Below, one piece after another: positions 29,084 to 39,018 of a DNA stretch of 48,882 bases. The translations under genes and the position numbers were made by a program. The notes under the pieces were generated by a model, which did not search any database, was not told where the DNA came from, and saw only the letters and a list, made by a program, of their open reading frames with translations. Numbering within the stretch: position 1 is the stretch's first letter; each line of letters starts with the position of its first letter. The stretch lies in NCBI GenBank assembly GCA_013695435.1, contig JACDAM010000297.1:1-48882 (forward strand). Direction: 5' to 3'. This DNA comes from Burkholderiales bacterium (GTDB taxonomy: Bacteria > Pseudomonadota > Gammaproteobacteria > Burkholderiales > JACMKV01).

Positions 29084-29806
29084 CTAGGCGCGCTGTTCGC
29101 CATCGGGAACGAAGACATACCCAAAGCCCCATACCGTCTGAATGGTGCGCGGCTTGGCGGGGTCGTCTTCGACCAGCCGGCGCAGGCGGGAAATCTGCAC
29201 GTCGATACTGCGGTCGAACGGCTCATGACCGCGGCCGCGCGAGAGCTCCATCAGCTTGTCTCTCGAAAGCGGAATGCGTGGATTGGCAAGCAGCGTCTTC
29301 AGCAGCGCGAACTCGCCGGTCGTCAGCGCCACGGCTTCGCCGTTTTTCGTCAGTGTGCGCAGGGCGAGATCGAGCGTCAGCGCGCCAAAGCTTATCGCTG
29401 CTTCATGCTGCTCAGGGGCGCCCGGTGGCGCGACGTGGCGGCGCAAGACTGCATGTATGCGCGCAACCAGCTCGCGTGGATTGAACGGCTTGGCCAGATA
29501 ATCGTCGGCGCCGAGTTCGAGACCGACGATGCGATCGACCTCGTCGCCCTTCGCGGTCAGCATGATGATGGGCAGCGTATTGCCCGCACCGCGCAGCCGT
29601 CTGCACAAGGTCAGGCCATCTTCGCCGGGCAGCATCAGATCGAGCACCAGCAAGTGGAAATGCTCGCGTGCGAGCGCTTTGTCGAGGCCGGCGCCGTCGC
29701 CGACGGACTGCACGTTGAAGCCCTGATCGGCGAGGTAGCGATTTAGCAGATCGCGCAGCTTGATATCGTCATCGACGACGATGATTTTCGGCTTGTCGGT
29801 TTTCAC
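29084..29806 (-). CDS. ompR: OmpR-family response regulator
   Basis: KIIVVDDD...LLVLDLMLPGEDG...MLTAKG receiver domain and winged-helix C-terminus (IQTVWGFGYVF). Confidence 0.92.
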   Translation of the reverse strand: MKTDKPKIIVVDDDIKLRDLLNRYLADQGFNVQSVGDGAGLDKALAREHFHLLVLDLMLPGEDGLTLCRRLRGAGNTLPIIMLTAKGDEVDRIVGLELGADDYLAKPFNPRELVARIHAVLRRHVAPPGAPEQHEAAISFGALTLDLALRTLTKNGEAVALTTGEFALLKTLLANPRIPLSRDKLMELSRGRGHEPFDRSIDVQISRLRRLVEDDPAKPRTIQTVWGFGYVFVPDGEQRA

Positions 29807-29995
29807 GCCGCTATGCTAACGACAGCGGCGCGTGAATGAAAGCTGCCCTTGTAAGGCGAATGCGCAAGCGGGCAGGCGCGATACAAATTCTTACAATTAC
29901 GCCTGGCGCTGAAACACTCGCTTTACACGATCGCCTTAGCATAGCCATACCTTCCAAACCGAAGGCAACAGCAGGATAGATAGAAGGAGCGGGCT

Positions 29996-30313
29996 ATGAA
30001 ACGGATCATCGGTATTTCGGCGCTGGCGTTGAGTCTTTTCGCAGGATCCGCGTTCGCGGATGATGATGATCGCGGTTGGCGCGATGGGCCGCGTTTCAAG
30101 CATCATCAGCAACAAAACGAAAGACACCACTACGATAGGCAGCACTACAAACATCACTACAGGCATCGTGATAATCACGGTTATGATTACCGGCCGCGAG
30201 TCGAGCACCATCATTATTACCCGCGACCGCGCTATCATTCCCGGCACAGGGATTATGGGTATCGTGATAGCTATAATCAGCATTTCGACTTGTACTATCG
30301 GCTGCATTTCTAA
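29996..30313 (+). CDS. secreted His/Tyr/Arg-rich small protein
   Basis: 105 aa. Signal peptide MKRIIGISALALSLFAGSAFA, then DDDD. By my count the ~84-aa mature part has ~16 His, ~13 Tyr and ~15 Arg. SD agaaggag upstream. Confidence 0.6.
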   Translation: MKRIIGISALALSLFAGSAFADDDDRGWRDGPRFKHHQQQNERHHYDRQHYKHHYRHRDNHGYDYRPRVEHHHYYPRPRYHSRHRDYGYRDSYNQHFDLYYRLHF

Positions 30314-30337
30314 TCCGGACGCCGACAAGGAGAATAA

Positions 30338-30625
30338 ATGAAAAATTTGCTGGGCATTTTTCTGGTAAGCGCGATCATTGCCGCGACGCCGGCATGGGCT
30401 GATCACGAGCGCCGCGGCGGCGGCCGCGACGAAGATTCGCGGCCAACACCCCAGAAAAATCGCTCAGCGGCCGATGATCCCCGTCGCGGCGGGCGCGAGC
30501 TGCGCGATGTACGCGAACGCGAGCCGCGTCCGCATGGGCGGTTGACGCGCGACGAGCGCGAAGCCCTGCACCGCGATCTCGACGAAATCGGACGCGATAT
30601 CTATCCGCGCGGAAGAGGACGTTAA
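30338..30625 (+). CDS. secreted Arg/Asp/Glu-rich small protein
   Basis: 95 aa. Signal peptide ...ATPAWA. Charged mature region with an LTRDEREALHRDLDEIGRDIY segment. SD aaggag. 24 nt after the previous gene. Confidence 0.55.
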   Translation: MKNLLGIFLVSAIIAATPAWADHERRGGGRDEDSRPTPQKNRSAADDPRRGGRELRDVREREPRPHGRLTRDEREALHRDLDEIGRDIYPRGRGR

Positions 30626-30822
30626 TACGAGGCGCCGAGAAGGCGGGAAGCCTGATTCGGCCGCGTGGCTCTATTTGGATCTCGCATCAAACGCGGCAAA
30701 GCTAACGCTAGAATCGGTGCCGGGCCGACGAAGCGGTCGCGATATCGTACGCAGATTCTTCATCACGGCGGTACGGCGTACTAGGAGATCGCGCCGCCGC
30801 TGTTTCTGTCAGCCGGTCAAAT

Positions 30823-32200
30823 TCAATCTTGAGCCGAAGCGCCGGCAAGCGCGGCGTTCGATGACAGGTGACGGCGCCGACCCGTGACGCTTTTGCCGCC
30901 ACGTGCCGGTCTTTTGGTAATCATGGGCAACAACATCGCGACGAGCAGCATCAGGGCGATCGGCATTAGCGTTCCGCCGTATGATCCCGTCGTGTCCTTC
31001 ATATGGGCGGCAAATAGCGGCCCGACAATCCCGGCAAAACCCCATGCGCTGAGTATCATGCCGTAATTGGCGCCCATGCGGCGCGTACCGAAGTAATCGG
31101 CAGCGAACGACGGCATCGTGCCGAAACCGCCGCCGAAGCAGAGCAACACAACGGCGAATCCGATAGCAACCGACGTGAGGTCATGCAGCCCGCCGAGCAT
31201 GCCGAAGGCAATGGCCTGCAGGCTGAAAATCAGCGCGAAGGTTCGATTGCGTCCGATGCGGTCTGATATCGCGCCCCAGAAAAAACGGCCAAGCGCGTTG
31301 AACAATGCGACGAACCCGTAAGTCGCCGCGATCATGCCGGGAGCAAGTCCGGTCAATTCCTGCATGATGGGCACGGCATTGCTGATAATCAGGATGCCGG
31401 CAGTGACGTTCAGAAACAGCATCAGCCACAGCAGATAAAACTGCGGCGTGCGTAGCATCCGCGCCGTCGTATACGACCGGTTCCAGTTGAAGTCGGCGCC
31501 AACCGCTTCCGACTTCCGCCTGTATGCGGTCGGAGGGTTTTCCAGCATAAGGGCGCAGCTGCCGCCGATCAGTGCAAATGCGATCCCGGAAACGACGAAC
31601 ACGTTCATCAGCGCCGATACGTGTTCCTGCGCCAACGCAACTCCTGTCAAGCGCAGTGTTTCCGGCGCTGCTGCAAGCTCTGCCGCAGCCTGGGCGGCCG
31701 TCGCAAAGGACGGGATGTGTTGTAAGGTCAGGTTATAAACGACAGCGCCGAGACCAAAACCAGCGACGACCAAGGCCGCTGCCCAAACCGCGCTTGTCCG
31801 GGAACCATTTGGTGATGACCGTAACCGGTGTGACATATCCCATGCCGACGCCGAAGCCACCGATTACGCCATAGCTCAGATACATCCACCAGGCGCCGAA
31901 ATGCGCGGAGCCCAATCCTGCGAGACAGTTGCCGAGCGCCTATAGCATAACGCCTGTAAAGGCGACCTTACGCGGGCCGATCTTGTCGTGCCAGCGGCCT
32001 CCGACCATGGCGCCGAAGCTCAATGAAAAAAACGCCAGCGCGAAAGTCCATGTCGTCGTCATGTTCGACCAGCCGAAACCCCCGCTTAAAGGCTGGGTGA
32101 ACAGGCTCCACGAATAGATCGTGCCGAGCGTCATCATGGTAACCATGCCGCTCGCTGCGATGACCCAGCGGTTCCTTGCCGAAGCTGCCTTGCTTTGCAT
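30823..32200 (-). pseudogene. MFS transporter, oxalate/formate antiporter (OFA)-like, disrupted (in-frame TAG and 1 frameshift)
   Basis: MQSKAASARNRWVIAASGMV...GRWHDKIGPRKVAFTGVML, then TAG at 31940-31942, then in the same frame ALGNCLAGLGSAHFGAWWMYLSYGVIGGFGVGMGYVTPVTVITKWFPDKRGL. A frame change near the ccc run at about 31782-31784 leads to AAALVVAGFGLGAVVYN... through to 30823. Confidence 0.75.
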
Positions 32201-32472
32201 TTTGTCTCTCTCCCGGTGAATGCGCAGCCTGATCCGCAAGCGGCATGCCAAGGGCACGCAGAGATTACGAACAAGCATCGTTTTCCGGCGCCCGCACCAC
32301 GGGTTTGCGGGGTGCAGCGACGGATCACAGGGTCCGCAGACCCGCCGGCATCGCGGCAGCGCGCAAGAAATTTCAACACCCTTAACAGCGCCCCGCAATT
32401 TCCAGCCGGTGTGGTCCGCCACGTCGATTGCGCTGTTCAACGGTAAGATGCGGTTCTCGACATGGGAACCGC

Positions 32473-33489
32473 ATGCGTTATCTGAAACTGGTTTTTCTCA
32501 CGCTCGGGCTGCTGCTGCTCGGACTTGTTGTGCGCGACCTGAATGTGGACGAAGTGTTCGCGCAGATCGCCGAGGTCGGCGTCATTGGCATGACGTTCGT
32601 CGTGCTGTTTTATGCCCCGGTTTTCGCGGCCGATGCCGCGGGCTGGCAACTGATCCTGACGAGCGTGCCGCGCGATTTACGCTGGCTGGCGCGCCTGTTC
32701 AACATCCGGCTTGCGGGCGAGGCTTTCAACACGGTCACGCCGCTCGGTTCGATGGGGGGCGAGCCGCTGAAGGCGCTGCTGCTGAAATCGCGCTACGGCA
32801 TCGGCTATCGCGAATCCAGCGTTTCGCTGATCCTCGCCAAGACCATCATTCTGATCGCGCTGGTGCTGTTTCTCACCATCGGATTCTTGCTGCTGTTGCC
32901 TTCCGGGCGCGTGAGTTCAGCGTACAAGTTCATCGCCGGGGCCGGCCTCATCGCGCTGACGCTCAGCATCGCGGGGTGTTTCGTGATCCAGCGCCTGCGC
33001 CTGAGTTCGCGCCTGGGTTCATGGCTGGGCCGCATATTCGGTGCGCGCGTTACCGGGCGTCTGCAACGCCTGATCCTTTTGATTCACGATATCGATGAAC
33101 GCCTCGTTCATTTTTACACCGAACATCGCGCGCGTTCCGTGGCGGCATTCCTGCTCGCGCTGCTCAGCTGGATCGGCGGCGTGATCGAGGTTTATGTCGT
33201 CATGTGGCTGCTTGGTTATCCGGTAACGTTCAATGAGGCGTGGATCATTGAAGCGCTGGTTCAACTGGTGCGCGCCGGCACCTTCTTCATCCCGGCAAGC
33301 ATAGGCGCGCAGGAAGGAACACTGGTGATGGTCTGCTCGGCGATGACCGGGAATCCGGCTGTCGGCTTGGCGCTGTCGGTGATTCGCCGTGTGCGCGAGG
33401 TGGTCTGGATCGCCGCGGGGATCGCGGTGTGGTGGATTTATTCGCTGAATCGAACCAATCCAAAAGAATCGGAACGCGAAGTCGTGTGA
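32473..33489 (+). CDS. UPF0104 / lysyl-phosphatidylglycerol-synthase-TM-region (MprF flippase-like) membrane protein
   Basis: About 338 aa and polytopic. RLAGEAFNTVTPLGSMGGEPLKALLL and FIPASIGAQEG motifs are characteristic of this family. Convergent with the phosphonate operon. Confidence 0.75.
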   Translation: MRYLKLVFLTLGLLLLGLVVRDLNVDEVFAQIAEVGVIGMTFVVLFYAPVFAADAAGWQLILTSVPRDLRWLARLFNIRLAGEAFNTVTPLGSMGGEPLKALLLKSRYGIGYRESSVSLILAKTIILIALVLFLTIGFLLLLPSGRVSSAYKFIAGAGLIALTLSIAGCFVIQRLRLSSRLGSWLGRIFGARVTGRLQRLILLIHDIDERLVHFYTEHRARSVAAFLLALLSWIGGVIEVYVVMWLLGYPVTFNEAWIIEALVQLVRAGTFFIPASIGAQEGTLVMVCSAMTGNPAVGLALSVIRRVREVVWIAAGIAVWWIYSLNRTNPKESEREVV

Positions 33490-33606
33490 TGCAGCACGGC
33501 GCGATGCGCGCTCGAATCGTTCAGATCGTTTTGTCGCCCCTCGTTTTCGAGGAGGTGCGACGCGGCGGGCAGTGGCCGGTCGCCGTTTCGATAATTCAAT
33601 ACAGGT

Positions 33607-34200
33607 TCATTCCGCCCGCCGCAACTGCAAGAACTGCCAGCCGACGATCACTGCCGCAAGCGGTGCGCCGACCGCGGCGGCTGTCAAAAAAGCCATCAGC
33701 CCGTCGAGCAGCGTGACCACCGGCAGCAGATAAAGAATATCCTCGGCTTCGAGTCCGCCGAAGCGTGGCTGACGCGTCGCTGTCTTGCCGTGGCGATTTT
33801 CGATTTCGTTGCGCATGTAAAAAATCGCCGACACTGCGGCACCGGCGACGATGCCGGCCGGCAATACCCACGCGCCGGCGCCTGACCGCATCAGCCCGAT
33901 CGCAATGCTTATGAACAGCAACACATGGAGCAGCGCGTCGCTCGCGAGATCGTAAATATGCCCGGTTCGGCTCATCTTGCCGGTCAGTCTTGCCAACTCA
34001 CCGTCGGTATGGTCGAGCAGATTCGATGCCGCGAACAAAAGCGCGCCGAGAGCAGCCAATCCTCCCGTTGCAAAAGCAGCGATCGCGGCAAGCCCGACAA
34101 CGAGCCTGAGTGTTGTCAGGTGATTCGGCGTGACCCACGTTCCGGAGAGCGGACGCACCATCCACAGCGCAAAACGGGCGTCCCAGGGTTTGCTGTTCAT
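33607..34200 (-). CDS. CDP-alcohol phosphatidyltransferase family protein
   Basis: 197 aa and multi-TM. Perfect signature DGELAR-LTGKMSRT-G-HIY-D-LAS-D (DGx2ARx8Gx3Dx3D). ATGA overlap with the upstream transaminase gene. Confidence 0.85.
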   Translation of the reverse strand: MNSKPWDARFALWMVRPLSGTWVTPNHLTTLRLVVGLAAIAAFATGGLAALGALLFAASNLLDHTDGELARLTGKMSRTGHIYDLASDALLHVLLFISIAIGLMRSGAGAWVLPAGIVAGAAVSAIFYMRNEIENRHGKTATRQPRFGGLEAEDILYLLPVVTLLDGLMAFLTAAAVGAPLAAVIVGWQFLQLRRAE

Positions 34201-35288
34201 GCGCCTGCCATTCCCGCAACTTGCCTGACCGCATCAAGCAGGCGCTCGACATCGCTTTCGCCGATTTCGCCCATCGTCGAAATGCGGAACAGGGTTTTTG
34301 CCAGCGCCGCCTGGCCGGCATAGATCACGAAGCCGCGCTGTTTGAGGCCGTCGTGCAGCGCGGTGTAATCGACGCCGCGCGGCAGAGTGAATGCGTTCAG
34401 CACGACCGAGGCTTCATCCTGCGGCAGCAGCGGTTCGATGGAAAGCGCCAAGAGGCCTTCGCGTACGCGGCCGAGCAAAGCCGCATAACATTCGCGGCGC
34501 TTTTGCCAGCCGCCTTGTTCATCGAATTCGACGAGCGCTTCGCGCAGCGCATAAAACGCCGGGATCGCAGGTGTGAACGGCGTGCTCGCCGCATCCTGCT
34601 CGCGACAATGCGTCGCGAGGTCGAGATACAGACTGCGCCGCGCGGCGGCGGGGAGGGCGGCGCGCTTGACGACGACGAACGATGCGCCAGGCGCTCCGTG
34701 CAGGCATTTGTTCGCGGTAGCTGCGCAAGCCGTTATGCCTAACGCATCGAAATCAATCTCCTCCGCCCCGAAGCTGCTGACAGCGTCGACAAGCAGCGCG
34801 ACGGCGCGCGACTTGCACAGCGCTCCGATTTCATCCAGACGATTGAGCCTGCCCGTCGTCGTCTCGTGATGGACGATGGCGATGTGCGTAATCCGCCGAT
34901 TTTCCGCAACAGCGGCTTCGATACACGCTTCGATGCGATCGACATCAAGCGGCGCCAGCCATGGGTGTTGCAGCGAGACGTGATCCAGATGGTAAACCCT
35001 GGCCATCGCGCTCATGCGCTCACCATAAACGCCGTTTTCGAGAATCAGCAAGCGGCCGTTTTCGGGAACGAGACTGCTGATCATGGCTTCGACGGCGGCG
35101 GTGCCTGAGCCTGTGAGCAGGACCGCGGCCCATTGCGCGGGCGCGAGATCGTAGACCCGCAATAGCCGGGCGCGAATGTCCTGCTGAAGCACGGCGAATT
35201 CTGGCTCGCGATGACAAAGGTCAGGACTGGTCAGCGCGTTTCTGACGCGCTGACCGAGATTGACGGGACCGGGGTTGAGCAGAATCAC
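34197..35288 (-). CDS. aepZ: 2-aminoethylphosphonate:pyruvate aminotransferase (AEP transaminase, PhnW/AepZ-like)
   Basis: MILLNPGPVNL...class V aminotransferase. PLP lysine in ATANKCLHGAPG. Position after ppd. Confidence 0.85.
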   Translation of the reverse strand: MILLNPGPVNLGQRVRNALTSPDLCHREPEFAVLQQDIRARLLRVYDLAPAQWAAVLLTGSGTAAVEAMISSLVPENGRLLILENGVYGERMSAMARVYHLDHVSLQHPWLAPLDVDRIEACIEAAVAENRRITHIAIVHHETTTGRLNRLDEIGALCKSRAVALLVDAVSSFGAEEIDFDALGITACAATANKCLHGAPGASFVVVKRAALPAAARRSLYLDLATHCREQDAASTPFTPAIPAFYALREALVEFDEQGGWQKRRECYAALLGRVREGLLALSIEPLLPQDEASVVLNAFTLPRGVDYTALHDGLKQRGFVIYAGQAALAKTLFRISTMGEIGESDVERLLDAVRQVAGMAGA

Positions 35289-35307
35289 GATGGCTTTGTC
35301 GATGAAT

Positions 35308-36468
35308 TCAGTGTGTCGATGAAAAGCTGCTTCCGATATGTTTCATCAGGCGCTCCAGAACTTCTGCCGGCGATAGGCCTGGCCGCGGCAACTGGTTCAG
35401 AGTGCCGGTGCGAATCTTTAAATGCGCGAAGTGCGGCCGCTTGCTGGCCGGCGCTGCGAACAATTCATCTATCAACTCGACGCCATCGCCGCCCAGCGCA
35501 ATGCCGTAACCGCATGCCGCGGCAATTGCGGCAAAAGATATGTTGCCGGAGACGGTAGCCTGGCCGCCGGTCGAATCGTGTGCTTCGTTGTCGAGCACGA
35601 AATGGATCAGATTGCCGCCGCCATACGCGCCGATGGTCGCAAGATTGCCCATACGCATCAGCGCGGCGCCGTCGCCGTCGATGACGACGATCCTGAGATC
35701 GGGGCGGGCAAGCGACAAACCCAGCGCGATCGATGACGCGCAGCCCATAGAGCCGACGATGTAGAGATGGTTCGCGCGATCGGCGAGCGCGTACAACTCG
35801 CGCCCGGTGTAGCCGGTGGTGGCGATGACAACGCTGCCAGTTTCGGGTGTGTGCTGCAGCACACACTGCAAAACCTGACTGCGCGAGACGCGTTGCGCGC
35901 CGCGCATGTTTTCCATGCAGGATACGTTTGTCGACGTACGCGGGACCTGCTGATGTTCGAGTGCGTGCGGCGCGACGCTGCCTTTGGCCATGACGAGCGC
36001 ATAGGGGCGATGCTCGCGCTCCATGTAGTCGCTCGCGCGTTTCAGCGCCGCGGCGATCCCGCCGGGTTCGGTTGGGAAGGCTTCCCATGGCACTTGCATG
36101 GTGTCGAACAGGTCCCCAGTAATGCGGCCCATCAGTTCGTGTTGCGGTTCGTCGTGCACTTCGGGCGCGCCGCGGTGGGTGCAAATCAGCAGCAGCGGAA
36201 TGCGGAACACCCAGGTCAGCGAGGTCAACGGGCTGACCGCATTGCCGAGACCGGAATTCTGGATCATGACGACGGCGCGCTGCCCGCCGATGGCCGCGCC
36301 GGCGGCAGCGGCAATGGCGTCGCCCTCGTTAGCCGATGAAATATAGGTAAGCCTGGGATCGCCGATCACGTAATTGATGAACGGCGTCAGAAACGAGCAC
36401 GGGACGCCCGCATACCACGCGAAACCGCGGCCGCGCGCGGCTTCGACAAAATCCTTTGCTTCAATCAT
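35308..36468 (-). CDS. aepY: phosphonopyruvate decarboxylase (Ppd/AepY)
   Basis: 386 aa. FAWYAGVPCSFLTPFINY N-terminus typical of Ppd. TPP motif VIDGDGAALMRMGNL...VLDNE. Confidence 0.88.
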   Translation of the reverse strand: MIEAKDFVEAARGRGFAWYAGVPCSFLTPFINYVIGDPRLTYISSANEGDAIAAAAGAAIGGQRAVVMIQNSGLGNAVSPLTSLTWVFRIPLLLICTHRGAPEVHDEPQHELMGRITGDLFDTMQVPWEAFPTEPGGIAAALKRASDYMEREHRPYALVMAKGSVAPHALEHQQVPRTSTNVSCMENMRGAQRVSRSQVLQCVLQHTPETGSVVIATTGYTGRELYALADRANHLYIVGSMGCASSIALGLSLARPDLRIVVIDGDGAALMRMGNLATIGAYGGGNLIHFVLDNEAHDSTGGQATVSGNISFAAIAAACGYGIALGGDGVELIDELFAAPASKRPHFAHLKIRTGTLNQLPRPGLSPAEVLERLMKHIGSSFSSTH

Positions 36469-36563
36469 CGCTTATGCACCTGAAGAGATATCTGGATGAC
36501 CTCTGACCCGTTCGCACCGAGCTCGCCGAAGGGTGAAGCTCAAGCCCATGGATCGCGTGGGAT

Positions 36564-38237
36564 CTATCCGCGCCCCTGCGCGAAATCGCCGGCATTATCC
36601 AGATCTTCTAGCGCGTTCACGTCGAGCCAGTGGCCGTGGATATACAGCACCCGGATCGGATGGCCGTTGGCGACGATCCGATTGAGCAGCGTGCGCATCG
36701 ACAACTGCGCGAAATCATCGCGCAGCTCCAGTTCCGCAAGCGCTTCGAGCAACCATTGTCGTCCCGCGCCGCGCACGCGCAGCATGCCGATCCAGCGTCC
36801 GTTCGCCTCTCCCAATTCGCCGTCTCTATCGGGTGAAATGGCGAACAGTTGCACGTTTTGCGCGAGCATGGCGCGATTGTCGGCTGCTGTGCAGTAAGCG
36901 TAATCGGGCGCCCCGGTGGCGGGCCGTCCGGCGCTCGCCGCTTCGCCGAAAGCGGAATCGACGATGACCACCAGTTCTTCTTCGCTGTCGAGCAAATCGC
37001 GCAGAATGTAGCCGCGAAACAGCAGATCGCCGTACAGGATGACATTGTCGCTGTCAGTTTCGAGCCACGGTTGCGCGCACACCAGCGAGGCCAGCTCGCC
37101 GGTCCGCGCATGTTCGCGATTGATCACGAGATTGATGCCGGTCACGTCGATCGAATCGGCGCGATAACCGGCGACGACGGTGATGTCGTTGATGCCCTGT
37201 TTCTTCAGTTCATCGACTTGCCGGCGCAGGATCGGCTTGCCTGCGATCGGCAGCATAACCTTGGGCCGCGTCTCGGTCAGGGTATGCAGTTCCTGGCCGC
37301 GGCTTGCCGCAAGAATCACGGCGCGGGTTTCCACGCGGTCGCGGCCGATGTAGCGCCGCTCGGCTGCCGCCAGTTCGGCCGCTCCCTGCAAGCGGAAAAT
37401 TTCCTCGACCGGGGCGATGCGGTCTTCGACCTCGACCAGGGATTGCGCGTCGTGCACGGCTCGCGCGACGTTTTGCATCGCGTCGACCGCGGCGCGCACC
37501 ATATGATTCGCCCAGATCACGAGGCTGACTCGGGCCTGGCGGTAGACGTCGGTGGGCGTGCTGTAGTATTTGGTCGGCACGATCACGAGCGGCGCGCGCT
37601 GCGCCCATTCTTTTGCGAACGCAACGATCTCGTCGGCGCGCGCCAGCTTGCTGTGGATCAGGATCGCATCGGCCCCGGCTTCGCGATACGCCGCGGCGCG
37701 TTTCAGCGCCTCGGCCATGCCCCAGCCGGCGATCAGCGCTTCGACGCGCGCGATCACGCAAAAATCAGCGTCGCTCTGGCAGTCCTTGCCGGCCTTGATC
37801 TTGCCGCAGAATTCATCGGCCGTCGCCAGCGGTTGGCGCTCGCCGGAAAGAAAGCTGTTGGTTTTCGGAAACAACTTGTCTTCGATGCAGACGCCGGCTA
37901 TGCCGCGCTGCTCGAGTTTTTTGATCAGCCGGCGCAGATTGTTGAAGTTGCCGTAGCCGGTATCACCATCGAGCAGGATCGGTATCTCTGTTGCGTCCGA
38001 CATGAATTCGAGCATGTCGACGATTTGCGTCCAGCTCGCCTCATTACTGTCGCGCACGCCGAATTGCGCCGACAGCGCGAGACCGCTGGCCCAGATTCCG
38101 GCGAACCCAGCTTCCTGCACGATGCGCGCGCTGACGCCATTGTGCGCCTCCATGATGAATTCAATCCCGGCGGAGTTCAGCAGTCGGCGCAGTTGGGCCG
38201 GCCGGGACAGATGGCCGACGATCTCCGGTTTATTCAT
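36564..38237 (-). CDS. aepX: phosphoenolpyruvate phosphomutase fused to a C-terminal nucleotidyltransferase domain (PepM::PntC-like)
   Basis: 557 aa. The N-terminal isocitrate-lyase/PEP-mutase fold carries the diagnostic [10 protein letters not shown] (EDKx5NS) motif. The C-terminal half [32 protein letters not shown]...VVAGYRAD is an NTP-transferase fold. Confidence 0.9.
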   Translation of the reverse strand: MNKPEIVGHLSRPAQLRRLLNSAGIEFIMEAHNGVSARIVQEAGFAGIWASGLALSAQFGVRDSNEASWTQIVDMLEFMSDATEIPILLDGDTGYGNFNNLRRLIKKLEQRGIAGVCIEDKLFPKTNSFLSGERQPLATADEFCGKIKAGKDCQSDADFCVIARVEALIAGWGMAEALKRAAAYREAGADAILIHSKLARADEIVAFAKEWAQRAPLVIVPTKYYSTPTDVYRQARVSLVIWANHMVRAAVDAMQNVARAVHDAQSLVEVEDRIAPVEEIFRLQGAAELAAAERRYIGRDRVETRAVILAASRGQELHTLTETRPKVMLPIAGKPILRRQVDELKKQGINDITVVAGYRADSIDVTGINLVINREHARTGELASLVCAQPWLETDSDNVILYGDLLFRGYILRDLLDSEEELVVIVDSAFGEAASAGRPATGAPDYAYCTAADNRAMLAQNVQLFAISPDRDGELGEANGRWIGMLRVRGAGRQWLLEALAELELRDDFAQLSMRTLLNRIVANGHPIRVLYIHGHWLDVNALEDLDNAGDFAQGRG

Positions 38238-38979
38238 ATGTCATGATCCGTGGCAGGATTTCGCGCTCGGCGCGTTCGACGTCGTCGGGAAAATCGATTT
38301 CGATCCACGGCAGTCCGGTGATGTCCTCGAAACCGAACGCTTGCGGCTGCGCGAACAGCAGATCGCGGATCGCGTCTTCGAACGGTGCATCTTCACATCC
38401 GGCCGCAGCGTAGCGTTCGGTGCATTCCGCCAGCGCAGCCGCTGTCTCGGCCGCGAAGCGAAAAAAGCCGACCGATTCGCCGGCAAAATCACAGGCGATG
38501 TCGGCTCGCGGCTGTTTGCTGAATTCGACCGGCTGTCCTTCGCGCACGCACAGCTTGACGGGCTCGTCGCCGGGCTCGAAATTGCGATCGATCAGGAAAC
38601 AATTGGCGATGGGCGTATCGGCGAGCCGTTGCAGAATCGGCAAAGCATAGAGCACATCGGCATCCATCAGCAGGATGTCTTCGCCCTGGCGCAATTCGGC
38701 CGCCGCCGCTTTCAGGCTCAAAACGCTGCCGCGCTGATATTCGAGATTCACAACAAGGCGTATCGATAAAGAAAGCCCGCCCGCTGGTAACGCCGCCAGC
38801 GCCGCCCGAACGACGTCTGCCTGATACCCGATAACCAGCACCACCTCGCCGACGCCAACCCGCTGCAGCGATGCGATATGACGTTCGATCAGCGTTTTAC
38901 CGGCAAAGCGCAGCAGGCTTTTCGGGTAATCCAGACCGAGCCTTTCGCCCACGCCCGCGGCCATGATGATCGCTTTCAT
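38230..38979 (-). CDS. stand-alone sugar-phosphate/phosphobase nucleotidyltransferase (LicC-like fold)
   Basis: 249 aa. [15 protein letters not shown] (GxGxR) motif. 8-nt overlap with the downstream PEP mutase gene. Confidence 0.8.
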   Translation of the reverse strand: MKAIIMAAGVGERLGLDYPKSLLRFAGKTLIERHIASLQRVGVGEVVLVIGYQADVVRAALAALPAGGLSLSIRLVVNLEYQRGSVLSLKAAAAELRQGEDILLMDADVLYALPILQRLADTPIANCFLIDRNFEPGDEPVKLCVREGQPVEFSKQPRADIACDFAGESVGFFRFAAETAAALAECTERYAAAGCEDAPFEDAIRDLLFAQPQAFGFEDITGLPWIEIDFPDDVERAEREILPRIMTYE

Positions 38980-39018
38980 TGCCGGGTTTTCATCGCGGCT
39001 AGAGCAAGGTCCTTGCCA

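Noticed and set aside
29936-30406. 156-aa minus-strand ORF and 93-aa plus-strand ORF (30060-30341), both rich in Ile/Thr/Met/Val.
   Set aside because: They are alternative frames of the CAT/CAC/TAC-rich His/Tyr gene. The frame at 29996-30313 has the signal peptide and SD.
36849-38246. Long antisense ORFs opposite real genes: 465 aa at 36849-38246 (+), 396 aa at 18379-19569 (+), 318 aa at 17245-18201 (+), 333 aa at 44510-45511 (+), 214 aa at 202-846 (-), and many others in the track.
   Set aside because: Their Arg/Ala/Gly/Pro-rich, low-complexity composition is typical of shadow frames in high-GC DNA. Each lies fully inside a gene with clear family motifs on the other strand.
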